From a virus: a DNA stretch of 64,000 nt. Shown one piece after another: positions 1 through 10,732 of this stretch. The translations under genes were made by a program, and so were the position numbers. Below the pieces are notes generated by a model. The model was not told the origin of the DNA and ran no database searches. It saw only the letters and a program-made list of their open reading frames with translations. The DNA is taken from IMG/VR virus record IMGVR_UViG_3300030329_005540, positions 1 through 64,000 of that record. One strand, given 5' to 3'. The first letter of the stretch is position 1. Every line of letters begins with the position of its first letter.

Positions 1-644
1 CAAATCGTGGCTCTCAAATGCAAAGCCAGTTAATGCAGCAAGCCCAAATGCGCCACATGATGATGATGGGTGGCGGCATGAGACCAATGGGCGGTGGCAT
101 GGGCGTGCCGCAAGGATTTGGAGTTCCAAACCTTGGAATGTTTGCGAACATGATGTATGGTGGCATGAGCGGTTCGCTTTTAGATGATCTTTCAAATACG
201 GGCAGATTGGGAATCAACCCAATGATGATGATGGGGAATCAAAGCAATTGGGACGGCAGAAGTTGGGCTCCTTGGATTCAACAACAATGGATGCTTCAGA
301 AAATGCGTTTTGGTTTTAACCGAGGCGGATTCCGCCGTGGCGGAACCATTCCGAATTTCTGGTCACGCCAACACCATGTTCAGATCGACCCGAGCAATCT
401 AAGACCCGGACTAGACCGCAACCAACCAAGGCAACCTTGGAACATTGGTGGAAATCAAATAGTACGACCCGTTACCGGCAACCCATTCTTGAATCTACAA
501 AGCCAAGGAAACCTCACGATCTTGGGCAGAAAATATCCGCAACTGGGCGGCACTATGAATGCAAATCGTGGCTCTCAAATGCAAAGCCAGTTAATGCAGC
601 AAGCCCAAATGCGCCACATGATGATGATGGGTGGCGGCATGAGA
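1..644 (+). repeat. Exact 83-bp direct repeat (1-83 = 562-644) within the tape-measure-like gene
   Basis: Identical sequence encoding NRGSQMQSQLMQQAQMRHMMMMGGGMR twice. The first copy may extend beyond the window. Confidence 0.9.
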
Positions 645-1598
645 GGAATGTCTTCAATGATGCCGTCGATGCCTTACAATAATTGGCTTTCGAGTCCGAT
701 GTCTTTGATGCCCGGAATGACAAAGAGAATGGGATACCCGATGTCGCCATTCAACGACATGTATGCAATGCAGCAGGAAATTTGGAGAAACATTCACAAA
801 CAATATTATGGAATGTACGGAACAACCATCGGGCCGCAAAACAATCCTTACATGAGAGAAAGCATGCCGCGACTAGGAAGCTTTATGCAAGGAATGCCAA
901 TGTTTGGAAACGAATTTTTCTCCTACCATAAACGCGGCGGCCTGATACCTAATTTTGCAAACTTGGAATTAGACAAAGACGGATTTGTTCAAGGAGTAGG
1001 CAAAGGAGATACCCGAAAGGGTCAATTACCTGCGGGGGCATATGTGCTTAACGGCAAGGCCGCTCAATACACGGCGCGAACCGGGGGATTGGTTCCGAAT
1101 TACGCCGAAATGCACAAAATGCAAAACGTTGCTCTTGAGCCCGGAGAAAGAGTGTACATGCCCGGTGATCCGAGAATTCCGATGGCGCAAAAATTAAATA
1201 GCGCGATAGGAAGATTTAGCTCGGGTGCAACCACTCAATATGCACAAACAGGCGGCTTTATTGGAAACGGTGACAACGCAGTGGCACAAGTAAATGGACA
1301 ACAAAGCGCTGACAATACTCGCGTTATTGAAGCCCTGCAAAACACGATTAACAATCTCACGAGCCAAATGGATGCTCAAACTGCTCAATTCGAAGAAGCT
1401 CTTACGCAACAGGGAGAAAGCTTGCGTAACTTCGGAGAGCAAATGACAGCTTGGAATCCAACGGTACAGGTTGCTGGCGAACAAACGGTAAATGTTCAGC
1501 TAAGTGACGATCTTAAAATGCAACAAAATAATCAGGCTCAAGATATCGCCGGTGTGATGAAACAGGTAGGATACAGGCCACCGCCGAAAAATATATAA
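1..1598 (+). CDS. Tail tape-measure-like protein, C-terminal part (5'-truncated by window), Met/Gln/Gly-rich
   Basis: Frame is open from the window edge. It has repeated GG(T/L)(I/V)PN(F/Y) motifs and the GFVQGVGKGDT...LPAGAYVLN motif typical of tape-measure C-termini, ends in a coiled coil, and precedes tail/baseplate genes. Confidence 0.6.
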   Translation, partial: NRGSQMQSQLMQQAQMRHMMMMGGGMRPMGGGMGVPQGFGVPNLGMFANMMYGGMSGSLLDDLSNTGRLGINPMMMMGNQSNWDGRSWAPWIQQQWMLQKMRFGFNRGGFRRGGTIPNFWSRQHHVQIDPSNLRPGLDRNQPRQPWNIGGNQIVRPVTGNPFLNLQSQGNLTILGRKYPQLGGTMNANRGSQMQSQLMQQAQMRHMMMMGGGMRGMSSMMPSMPYNNWLSSPMSLMPGMTKRMGYPMSPFNDMYAMQQEIWRNIHKQYYGMYGTTIGPQNNPYMRESMPRLGSFMQGMPMFGNEFFSYHKRGGLIPNFANLELDKDGFVQGVGKGDTRKGQLPAGAYVLNGKAAQYTARTGGLVPNYAEMHKMQNVALEPGERVYMPGDPRIPMAQKLNSAIGRFSSGATTQYAQTGGFIGNGDNAVAQVNGQQSADNTRVIEALQNTINNLTSQMDAQTAQFEEALTQQGESLRNFGEQMTAWNPTVQVAGEQTVNVQLSDDLKMQQNNQAQDIAGVMKQVGYRPPPKNI

Positions 1599-1619
1599 AT
1601 GGAAAAAGGATGAACAATA

Positions 1620-3461
1620 ATGTCAACATTAGACCTCAGTAATGCGAGTTTTTTATCTGTAAATTCTCAGAGTAGATTTCTCGGTGACAATCTAAATGTC
1701 AGCCGAGTAGAAACTATTTCTGTGCGTGGATTTATTGACAAGCGTACCGACAATGATGATTACATTGGTGTTAGAGAAGTCCTTGGCGAAATTTCTTCTA
1801 TGCTGGCCAACAACGATGATTATTGGACCGACAATCTTATCATCAACGGTCATACTTATGGCAAAGGCAGAGTAACCGCTTTAAATTTTAGTAGTTCTCC
1901 TGACGGCACAACCAACATGGTCAACCTTGGAGAATATACAGCAACAATAGAAATCTATAAACAAGGCGACTTATTCGGCTTGTCTCAAAATGAATCTGGC
2001 ATTTTGGGTCATCATTACCCCACTAAAACCGCGATGCAAAATGCGCGGCACGAATATTTACAAAATTTTAGTTTCAATACTACTTGGAATGATGTTAATG
2101 GAAGAACCACTGTAGACGAAAGGGTAAGCATATCTTATTTGTCTGGAGAGTCTAGCTTCAACCCCAAGCTGGCCGCAAGAAATTTAGCAAATGAACTTTT
2201 GGGGCATTCTTCGGGGCATTTAAATGATATTAAAACAGCAAGTATTCCAAGTAATGCAAATTGCAGAACGGGAAATTATTCTGAAGAATATGATGATATT
2301 AATTTAAATTATAATTTTGGCAGATCAATTACATTTAATGATGGTGACGTATCTTGTCCTTATGATTTAAGAACTTCTAGGTCTTTAAATTTTGACCAAA
2401 ATGGAAACATAGAGGTATCAGAAAAAGGTGAGATTTTTGGTAACAGTTTGGGTCACGGTTATATGGGCGCAAATAAATCTGGTAACGCATGGGGTCTCAA
2501 CGAGGGACTCAGAATAGAATTAAGTAATAACAATTCATATACCAGATGCAATACAATGTTCAATCAATATACGGGCTTGGCAAATCAATCAGCCACCAAT
2601 ATTTTTTCTCTTAGCTCAACTCCAATTGAAGTAGGTAAATCTGTTGATAGCGGCGCGGGAGTTGGTTCTTATACAATAAAATATACAAACAATCAAAGAT
2701 TAAGTGGTACTTTTATTAATGAATGGAATCAATCAATTTCAATGGGTGAAGACAATAATGTTTCAGTTTCGGAAAATGGAACAGTGAGAGAGTACGGCGG
2801 ATCAAGTTCGTACAGCGCAAATAAAAGGCCAGATTTTAACACATCTCCAGCCTCCTCGTATTACGGAAGAAATTATAGCGACATCGTTACGGCTTCTCAG
2901 TCTCGCGCTGAAGAGCTTTACGATAAATTCACTACCAAAATGGGCATAACTTCTTGTTCGAATAAAAATAATTTAAAATTAGTTTCCGAGAATAGAGATC
3001 ACGCATTTTTCGGGCCTCAATTTACTTATACCAGAGAATATTCCGACAATCCTTCGATCCTGAGCGATGCTGACGCCGCTACAATAGGATGGAAACAAGT
3101 TACGGTATCTGAAGATAATAGCATCGCCGTACCCAATTCTAAAGAATACCTCATTCCAAGACAAGGAGTGAATGGAGAGCTTGTGCAGATAATGGACCAA
3201 ATGTCTTTGGGAGTATTAACGATAACTGTCAACGCCATTCAGCAATCTCCTAAAAATTATTTTATTGATAACACGCCGCCAGACGCAGAAATTAAAAAAT
3301 TAATAGACAATTATGTTTTACCAGTGTGTCATGATTTTCCGGGAAAATCAACTGTAAAGATAACTCAAATGTGGATATCTGATATTAATTATACTTTTGA
3401 CAGCAATTATAATTGCACTTTAACTGCGACAATTAATTTTACTGTGGAGAATTATTTATAA
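1620..3461 (+). CDS. Putative tail/baseplate structural protein
   Basis: 613-aa ORF, beta-rich S/T/N composition, directly after the tape measure. GGAAAAAGG upstream. Resembles the next ORF in style. Confidence 0.5.
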   Translation: MSTLDLSNASFLSVNSQSRFLGDNLNVSRVETISVRGFIDKRTDNDDYIGVREVLGEISSMLANNDDYWTDNLIINGHTYGKGRVTALNFSSSPDGTTNMVNLGEYTATIEIYKQGDLFGLSQNESGILGHHYPTKTAMQNARHEYLQNFSFNTTWNDVNGRTTVDERVSISYLSGESSFNPKLAARNLANELLGHSSGHLNDIKTASIPSNANCRTGNYSEEYDDINLNYNFGRSITFNDGDVSCPYDLRTSRSLNFDQNGNIEVSEKGEIFGNSLGHGYMGANKSGNAWGLNEGLRIELSNNNSYTRCNTMFNQYTGLANQSATNIFSLSSTPIEVGKSVDSGAGVGSYTIKYTNNQRLSGTFINEWNQSISMGEDNNVSVSENGTVREYGGSSSYSANKRPDFNTSPASSYYGRNYSDIVTASQSRAEELYDKFTTKMGITSCSNKNNLKLVSENRDHAFFGPQFTYTREYSDNPSILSDADAATIGWKQVTVSEDNSIAVPNSKEYLIPRQGVNGELVQIMDQMSLGVLTITVNAIQQSPKNYFIDNTPPDAEIKKLIDNYVLPVCHDFPGKSTVKITQMWISDINYTFDSNYNCTLTATINFTVENYL

Positions 3462-5347
3462 TGGGAACTAAAGGAGTAGAAGAACCACTGATCATATTTA
3501 CGACGGGTTCAGGCATAGCCACCGGCGTAAATTCATTTCAGTTGACAGGCTCGGTTGTTGTACAGCCGACGCCATACGTATCTATTTCTCGCGAGAATAT
3601 CCACAACGGCAAAAGACACGGAGCGCGAGATACAATTACGTTAGATGGTCAATTAACAGGTTATACTTGCCCGGACAGAACTAACAACTTTGATTATCTA
3701 ACAAGTTTTCAAGATCAGCTAATACAAAAATTTCAAGAAAACCAATATGGCTGGCTTAGAGTAAGAGAAAATAGCGGGGAGGTTTTTTCTGCGCCGAACT
3801 GCCGCGTTCAATCAATTAATTTTAGAGAAAGTAAACTATATAATTTAGTAGATTATACTATTTCGCTTGAAAGTTATCCTTCACAAGCTTTGGATAGTTC
3901 GTCATATGCTCACTTCGGAGTAATCAATCCAGTAGATACTTGGAACTTTTCTGAGTCTGCGGGCAAGGTTTCCTTGACTCATGAGATATCAGCTAAAGGC
4001 TTTAACAGATTTAAAAATGGTGCTGGTAAAGCTGACGCAATTTTAAACGCTAGAAACTTTGTTCATTCTCGTACTGGCTTGAGTCATTCATATGTGGCTC
4101 CGACGTTTGTAGTAAATGGAATAAATAACGCATCTCCCGACCCCGTGCTATTGAATCGTTCTGAAATCCAAAACCCAATAGAGGGTACATATTCTATTAC
4201 CGAAAACTATGAGTTTAATCGAGATGGTGAACGTAACGCGCCAATAGTTACCACCAGTTGCAATATACAATCCGGTATAAATCAAGACTTCGCTAGCGTT
4301 GATTTGAACGTACAGGTTCAAGGTGGCTGGACGGGAATTCATAGCGGCTCTGCTAACGCGCCTGACGGAGCAACAACTTACGGCAACCATTCCCCCACAG
4401 AATTAACAGACTATGTAACCGGAATATTGACCCAAAATTTAGTCAACAAAGCAAAAGCCCTGTCAAATATTAATGATTTAAATAGCAAGCCAGTTAGTTA
4501 TTCTGCGCGAGAAGATTTCAATGCCAACTTAGTAGAAATAAATGTTTCCTACGATAATAACCAATTGTTCCAAACGATATCAAACGGCAGCACTACAATA
4601 GCCAAGGACTACGCTTACTTTGATTATTCTCTTTCCACCAATAGAGACGTAATAAGCAACACGTCGAAATACACTATAGTGGGCAACATTGTAGGTAGAG
4701 GGCACTTAAAAGATAAATATCATAACGCGGTTACATTTTTAGAAAATGATATGACTCCGAATATAACTGGATATTTATACGCCTTAGCCAATGATTATCA
4801 CACCAAGCAAGACGCGGTAACACGAGAGAGTCTTAACCCAACCCCAACCACTGTGTCTATAGACAAAAATTCTATAGAAGGGTCTATTTCTGTCAGAGGC
4901 GAGTTCAACGATCTCGAAGAAGCCACCGTGACTCTTTCTGAAGAAAGCTATAAAGTATCAGACTACCTAGAGGACATAGTTTGGAATTGGGAAGTCACGC
5001 CCAGCCTCCCTCATTACTCGACCACTCCCTCTAACAATTTGGCAGGGGTTTACATGGTGTACGACGCGGGCATAATGAAAAGAATAAGATTTCAATTGTC
5101 ATTAGATTGCAGAGCAAAGAAATGCGTAAATTTCCAAGATGCCGTGAGAATCGCGGAAAAATATGCAAATTATTTAACAATGGCTCACATTGACCAAGAA
5201 TCTTATGTAGACAAAAGCGCCTCTTCCAACCAAAATCCGACAGACGGAACAATCAGAGTATCCCTAAACGGAACATGTAAAAAACACTCTAAACACAATA
5301 TAATAGATAAGGATAAAACTAAAATTATAGGAGATTATGTTAATTAA
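3461..5347 (+). CDS. Putative tail/baseplate structural protein (distal tail/hub-like)
   Basis: 628-aa ORF, TAATG-coupled to the previous gene. Contains PTPYVSIS...ITLDGQLTG...VQSINF motifs of the kind seen in phage tail-tube-fold proteins. Confidence 0.5.
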   Translation: MGTKGVEEPLIIFTTGSGIATGVNSFQLTGSVVVQPTPYVSISRENIHNGKRHGARDTITLDGQLTGYTCPDRTNNFDYLTSFQDQLIQKFQENQYGWLRVRENSGEVFSAPNCRVQSINFRESKLYNLVDYTISLESYPSQALDSSSYAHFGVINPVDTWNFSESAGKVSLTHEISAKGFNRFKNGAGKADAILNARNFVHSRTGLSHSYVAPTFVVNGINNASPDPVLLNRSEIQNPIEGTYSITENYEFNRDGERNAPIVTTSCNIQSGINQDFASVDLNVQVQGGWTGIHSGSANAPDGATTYGNHSPTELTDYVTGILTQNLVNKAKALSNINDLNSKPVSYSAREDFNANLVEINVSYDNNQLFQTISNGSTTIAKDYAYFDYSLSTNRDVISNTSKYTIVGNIVGRGHLKDKYHNAVTFLENDMTPNITGYLYALANDYHTKQDAVTRESLNPTPTTVSIDKNSIEGSISVRGEFNDLEEATVTLSEESYKVSDYLEDIVWNWEVTPSLPHYSTTPSNNLAGVYMVYDAGIMKRIRFQLSLDCRAKKCVNFQDAVRIAEKYANYLTMAHIDQESYVDKSASSNQNPTDGTIRVSLNGTCKKHSKHNIIDKDKTKIIGDYVN

Positions 5348-7599
5348 TGGCTGGTAAAAGGGACATATTTTTTAATAGGCTCGGGCCGTCTGGAATCAAT
5401 TGCATCCGAACAGGAGATGTAATTGGATTTTATGGTTTTCACCACTATACCGGCAGCCACGGTCAAGTTTACTTAAACGAAAAATATGACAATCCAAGCC
5501 AAGCTTCTATACAGCCCGGAGGAGTAGATACATCTACTCACCCTTTAGTTTTGTTGGGTACGGGTTCTAACCGCTCTCATATATCTGGATCGGGACACTT
5601 TGATGGGGAGACCGTGTATAGAATGGAGGATAAGTTCCCGGCGGATGATTGGTCGATGTGTATCGACTTCGGGCCGTTTGATGGTTTCCAAAATCGAGAC
5701 CAAAGCAAAGTACTCGTTAGCACAATGAGGACTTCTTCGGATACCTCTGGATTTAACGTGGGGATCAATGGCGCGAATAAAATTTATTTTGAGTATTATC
5801 ATCCTTCCGGTTACATGGAAAGAGTCACCGCTAATGAAATTGAATTATCTCGTAAAAATATAATTTCTATTGATTATAAAAAACAAAAACACATTTTAAA
5901 AACGGGTTATAATTATGATATTTCAGGCAATGTTTTATTTACTCGAAATGATTCTTATAGTCTGCCAAGCGAATTAACTATAAGACACCATAATTTAGGA
6001 AATAGACCCGCCGCCGGAGAGCAACTACTACCAAATGAAATAATTAAATTCTCAAATGTAGATACAAAAGCTTCTCAAACAATGTTTGTAGGAGATTTTT
6101 ACAGTAGTGATTCAAATTATACAGGTTATAGTGGGTATTTTAATAACGTAGTATTATTTAGCGGCGAGGGAGCCAGAGGTAATCGCGCCCCGCAAATGGG
6201 AGCCTCATTTTTTATTAGCGAATTTTCTCTTGAAACCACAGGTATTACCACAAGCTACGAATTTTTAAACACTGGGTCAGGAGTTTATCAAAGCGCGGTA
6301 ACAGGTACGGGTATAACTGGTTATTCTTCTGAAATAGATTTTGTTACCGGAAGAGACGGAACAATATCTTCGATAGTCAAGAGAACCGAGTTAACGGGAG
6401 AATTAACTGGATTAAAATTAACTTTTGCAGACTCTAATTGGGGAACTGATATAATAGTTTCTGGCAACATAGTTTATAAAAATCCACAAGTAGCAATCAT
6501 TGAAAGCGGTGGAAAGCCTTACGCTATTGGCTCTCCTTATTCCGCTTATAAGTTTCAAGGTCAATCTGGAGCAAGCGGAATTTTAAGCCCAAGCGGCGTT
6601 ACGCGAGTTAAGAAAACTTTTAAAATCCCAGAAGTCAGAAGCGGTGACGCAGAATATTCAGAAGGATACGCTAATACTAATGTAGTATTCATGAATACTA
6701 TAACAACTGGAGAGCTTTATGAAATAAAAACCAGAAAGCCCACCGAGATTCCTAGCGAAAGCTTATTCAATCCAAGGACAAATATTGTGACTCAAATTAG
6801 TCCTGAGCAAAAAACTCCAGCTAATTTACAAACAAAAACCTTTGTTGAAACCCCCGGTAAAGACCCTGAATCTTTGTCAGACAAATTTAATACAAGCGGT
6901 GGGGCCGCATTTATAAACGGACAGCTTCAAATGTCTGGAGTATCTGGAGGAGCATCTGGATTGGCTGCTGTTGATCATGGAGCTTTTTATATAGCAAATG
7001 GAACTAGGGTTTATACAAATCCGGGTAGTGGAGTTTTAACTCGCCCTACTGAAGTTTTTGGATCAAATGTAGTTACTGGAGAATTACAACTATTAGAATT
7101 TTCTACGCCAGACTATTTAAATTATGACGATTTAAACGACGACGGCATCAGTGGGGTCGATGGCTCTCAATTTATAGAGCCTTATTATAGCGGCGCGGGA
7201 GATTTAAAATTGACAGGCTCTCAATATGTTAATAACGACATTTACATGAATGGTCAAAGGCTAAATTCCGGCATCAATTATACAATTGCTTTAAACGTGT
7301 TAACCGTTAAGAGAAGCTCTTTTGAAGATATGCCTACTGGTGAAATGATTTTCTCTCCAAGTAATTTCGCCTCGGCCACCATTACCGGAACCAGCGGTTC
7401 ATTCCAAAAAACAAGCAATGCTCTTTATCAGCCTCAAATTTATTTAAATGGAATAAGACAAACCGAAGGAATCAATTACAAAACTACTTCAGACCATAGT
7501 TTATTAAATTCTCAAGTTAGAATTGAACCCCAAGATTCCATACTATATGGTAATGGAAGTGGATTTTTCAATTTTACAGGATTTACCCCCATTTTTTAA
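5347..7599 (+). CDS. Virion structural protein with LamG/ConA-like N-terminal domain; S/T-G rich
   Basis: GSGHFDG...WSMCIDF...GFNVGIN...YSGYFNNVVLF pattern is LamG-like. C-terminal IY(M/L)NGxR...GINY repeats are common in phage tail proteins. Confidence 0.5.
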   Translation: MAGKRDIFFNRLGPSGINCIRTGDVIGFYGFHHYTGSHGQVYLNEKYDNPSQASIQPGGVDTSTHPLVLLGTGSNRSHISGSGHFDGETVYRMEDKFPADDWSMCIDFGPFDGFQNRDQSKVLVSTMRTSSDTSGFNVGINGANKIYFEYYHPSGYMERVTANEIELSRKNIISIDYKKQKHILKTGYNYDISGNVLFTRNDSYSLPSELTIRHHNLGNRPAAGEQLLPNEIIKFSNVDTKASQTMFVGDFYSSDSNYTGYSGYFNNVVLFSGEGARGNRAPQMGASFFISEFSLETTGITTSYEFLNTGSGVYQSAVTGTGITGYSSEIDFVTGRDGTISSIVKRTELTGELTGLKLTFADSNWGTDIIVSGNIVYKNPQVAIIESGGKPYAIGSPYSAYKFQGQSGASGILSPSGVTRVKKTFKIPEVRSGDAEYSEGYANTNVVFMNTITTGELYEIKTRKPTEIPSESLFNPRTNIVTQISPEQKTPANLQTKTFVETPGKDPESLSDKFNTSGGAAFINGQLQMSGVSGGASGLAAVDHGAFYIANGTRVYTNPGSGVLTRPTEVFGSNVVTGELQLLEFSTPDYLNYDDLNDDGISGVDGSQFIEPYYSGAGDLKLTGSQYVNNDIYMNGQRLNSGINYTIALNVLTVKRSSFEDMPTGEMIFSPSNFASATITGTSGSFQKTSNALYQPQIYLNGIRQTEGINYKTTSDHSLLNSQVRIEPQDSILYGNGSGFFNFTGFTPIF

Positions 7600-7607
7600 C
7601 TAAAAAC

Positions 7608-7615
7608 GTGTAATT
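7608..7615 (+). promoter_or_regulatory. GTGTAATT putative late-promoter motif
   Basis: Lies in an intergenic gap 18 nt before the ATG at 7634. The same motif recurs in five other intergenic positions. Confidence 0.55.
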
Positions 7616-7633
7616 TTAACTGGAAAAAGGAAA

Positions 7634-10600
7634 ATGTTTAGGAAAATAGAAGAAGTTCAGATAGGTGGAGAAGCACCCGGAGAAGCTTTCGGGGGCTTTA
7701 TCTACAATTTGGGATGCCAGATAGGATACAATGGCAACCCAACCACCGTGTCTGTCAACGTCGTCAGTGAAAATGGCGCGTACAATATTTCCAAACAAGA
7801 CCTTAGTACCATCGAGGGCACTTCAATCAATGTGGGCAGCGAGATAAAATTTCAAAATATGTATTTGAAAGATTATCAAATGACTTCTGACGCTAATGCT
7901 AAATTACTATCATTAAATTACATAGATAGAACCATTTTATTTAAGAAAATTTTTATTGGTTTGATTGGTGTCCACGGAAACCCTCTTTCATTAATGAACA
8001 CTAAAACTAGCAGGGTTTCAAAAGATTTTAAGCATGTTCGTTTTCCGGTTCAATGTATGCCATGCAGCTACGCTGACGATGTACCACCGCTTAAGCCCGT
8101 TGATGTTAAATTCCGCGCAAGCTCCGGTTTTGTGCATAACGTAGACCTTAAAAAAGGTGGTGCAGTTTTACTCGGTACTGAAGAATTTTCTAAAAACTTA
8201 TGCGAACAAAGACAAGTAAGTTATAGCTGGCGAGAACTTGTTTTTGTACTAAATACAATTGGTATTCAAATTCAAGCCAACCCAGATACCGGCGAACCAT
8301 CCATCACCGATAGGGGCAAAATTCACGAAAGAGAAAGATTCACGGGAACGCTTGACGAAGTAATTTCTCAATGGTGTGCTAAATTCGGATATAGCTGGGG
8401 ATTCGATCCGCAGTTAGAAAAAATATACGGAATAGATAAAATTTATCCCATTGAAACTTTACAAGAAGTTAAAGATAAAATAAATAATTTAAGCGGGTCT
8501 TCTAAGATCGTTGTAACGAGCACATCTGAGAGCGCCAGCTTAGACGGGACTATGGTACATGACCATGTTTCGGCGGTCAAGAAACCTTTCCATAGACAAA
8601 CGACATCCGAAACCGATTTCATGAGAACGTCTTTTGAAAATATAAAATTAGAAGATTTATTCGGAACCGGAGGAGAAGGAGGGCTTTATGGCGGCGGCAG
8701 AACTTTGGAAGAGTTAATGATCTCGTCTATTTTGGCTAAATATAATACTGACGCAAGAAAATTGTATAACATGCAATTGGCTCGTGACAAAGCTCAAGCC
8801 AAAGGCGGCAATTTAAATACTTCTAGCTGGACATCTAGCAAAGGAGATAATTTTTTAGAACCCTTGGGTATAACGTGTGGATATCATTTAACAGACGCGG
8901 AAAAACAACTCTATGTCAACTTGATTGCGCTCACGCCAGCCACGATGACCGCAATTAATAACTTCCAAGCTCAATATGGGGTTGACGCTGACGCTTTCGT
9001 TGGCACTTATAGCAAAGCTCTGGAAGAAAGATGGATCGAATGGGAGAAAGAGATAGCTGATTTTATAGGCAAGTATTATTGGACTCGCAAGCCCGCCGTC
9101 GATTTTTCAGACTGTAAAGCATTTTGGAAAATCAATAGGCAATTAACTGTTGAGCCCAAATCTGATCTTTATACAACTCAAGAAAATAAAAGATATCCAT
9201 ATTATAAAATATTAGAAAACCACCCCGTAACAGCGATAAGCGCCGTGGGCTCGGCCACGATTGATGTCACTTCAAACGCATGTTCTGACACAGCGCCTTA
9301 CGACGGATTTGCCCCCGTTCTGGGCGGTCCTTCTGTCCACCTAATCAGAGGTGCGACTTACGTAGTTAATTATCTAGGATGTGATCCTAAAGATACAACC
9401 TTGGCAAATCCTTCTCCAGTATATTTTAAACTCTATAAAAACGAAGATTTTACCGGGGCCGTGGCTATGGAAGTCATACCTAATCCCGGCGGCAACACAA
9501 AAGCCAACATAACTATTCCGGGGAATTTAACTGAAAACGTTCTTTATTATAAAAACGCTGCTGGCGATGCACAATCTGTTAGCGTTATTGACGACCCGAG
9601 AAAGCAAAACGGTTTGGAAGAACTATGGATTACAGAATGGCCCGCCGCCTATGGTACTGATACCACGGATATCGATAGAATGTTTATGAAAAACGGCAAG
9701 GCGGCGTTAAAAACAGCCTTGCCTCAATATCAAGAGTTAGTGGGTTTAGCTGCGAGTACATTTTTACCTTCGCTACAACAAATTTCTACTGCCGCCTACA
9801 ACGAAGCCGTTAAGCAGTCTAACGACGGATTCGATCCAGTTATTTGGATATTGCCAGAAAAACAATATATGGATGACACTTTTTCGCCGCCTACAAGCAT
9901 AGACGAGGGAGCCACCAATACCAACGAAAAAATCTTCGACACATCAAAGAAACCGGGAGTGTCTGATAATTGTAAAGACGCTTGCGACTATAGCTTGATT
10001 GAAAAACACTGTAGATGCACTGGCCGAGATTGGATTTCTGTTAGACCTACATTCGTGGGAAAAATCTCTCCTAAAGCTAGATATATTACATTCGACGTTA
10101 ATAATGAAAACCATGAAATTGTTTTACCTGTGGAAGAACGAGTACTTGGATACCACATTCAAAAACAAGACATAATTCTTGTACATAAAGCCTTGGAATA
10201 TTTCTACGGCCAAATGAGACACGGCGCAAACACAATGGGGATAAAGGTAACTACTAAAGACATAACAAACGACATAGACGAACAGATAATAGACATTAAT
10301 GATGTGCAGGAGAAAATAGATAATTATAGTTGGTCTGATAACCAACCGGGGATTCCGGGTGCGGGCAAAGTCAGAAAAGAAGGCAAAATAATTGTACCTG
10401 ATAAAAGTTGGGCTGGTGGAAAGACTACTTTTACCGCAGTACACCCATATACGTATCACCAATGGACAGATCAATCCTACGTAATATCTGAGCCCACTGA
10501 AAAATTTTCGTGTTCAGTTCTTGGTTTGGATTTTGAAGAAATAGATAGCGTCTTGACGCCCAGTAAGGGTTTGATATCTATGCAAATTAATTATAGCGCT

Positions 10601-10732
10601 GATGGTATTCAAACAGATTTGCAATTTAGTAATAGACAATTAGGAGGAAATGAAATGGCATTGCTGAAAGAAAGCACATTCCACAGACTAGAACCACTTT
10701 TAGGATTAAATAGATACGGAAGAACTTTTTAA
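7634..10732 (+). CDS. Putative baseplate hub / tail-tip protein
   Basis: 1032-aa ORF. Positional evidence plus a hub-like N-terminus (FTGTLDEVISQWCAKFGYSWGFD). RBS GGAAAAAGG. Confidence 0.45.
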   Translation: MFRKIEEVQIGGEAPGEAFGGFIYNLGCQIGYNGNPTTVSVNVVSENGAYNISKQDLSTIEGTSINVGSEIKFQNMYLKDYQMTSDANAKLLSLNYIDRTILFKKIFIGLIGVHGNPLSLMNTKTSRVSKDFKHVRFPVQCMPCSYADDVPPLKPVDVKFRASSGFVHNVDLKKGGAVLLGTEEFSKNLCEQRQVSYSWRELVFVLNTIGIQIQANPDTGEPSITDRGKIHERERFTGTLDEVISQWCAKFGYSWGFDPQLEKIYGIDKIYPIETLQEVKDKINNLSGSSKIVVTSTSESASLDGTMVHDHVSAVKKPFHRQTTSETDFMRTSFENIKLEDLFGTGGEGGLYGGGRTLEELMISSILAKYNTDARKLYNMQLARDKAQAKGGNLNTSSWTSSKGDNFLEPLGITCGYHLTDAEKQLYVNLIALTPATMTAINNFQAQYGVDADAFVGTYSKALEERWIEWEKEIADFIGKYYWTRKPAVDFSDCKAFWKINRQLTVEPKSDLYTTQENKRYPYYKILENHPVTAISAVGSATIDVTSNACSDTAPYDGFAPVLGGPSVHLIRGATYVVNYLGCDPKDTTLANPSPVYFKLYKNEDFTGAVAMEVIPNPGGNTKANITIPGNLTENVLYYKNAAGDAQSVSVIDDPRKQNGLEELWITEWPAAYGTDTTDIDRMFMKNGKAALKTALPQYQELVGLAASTFLPSLQQISTAAYNEAVKQSNDGFDPVIWILPEKQYMDDTFSPPTSIDEGATNTNEKIFDTSKKPGVSDNCKDACDYSLIEKHCRCTGRDWISVRPTFVGKISPKARYITFDVNNENHEIVLPVEERVLGYHIQKQDIILVHKALEYFYGQMRHGANTMGIKVTTKDITNDIDEQIIDINDVQEKIDNYSWSDNQPGIPGAGKVRKEGKIIVPDKSWAGGKTTFTAVHPYTYHQWTDQSYVISEPTEKFSCSVLGLDFEEIDSVLTPSKGLISMQINYSADGIQTDLQFSNRQLGGNEMALLKESTFHRLEPLLGLNRYGRTF

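Noticed and set aside
1-644. Diversity-generating retroelement TR/VR pair or terminal repeat
   Set aside because: The copies are identical (no A-specific mismatches), in frame within one gene, and there is no reverse transcriptase in the window.
1593-1600. T4-type late promoter TATAAATA
   Set aside because: Imperfect single occurrence overlapping a stop codon. GTGTAAWW is the recurrent motif instead.
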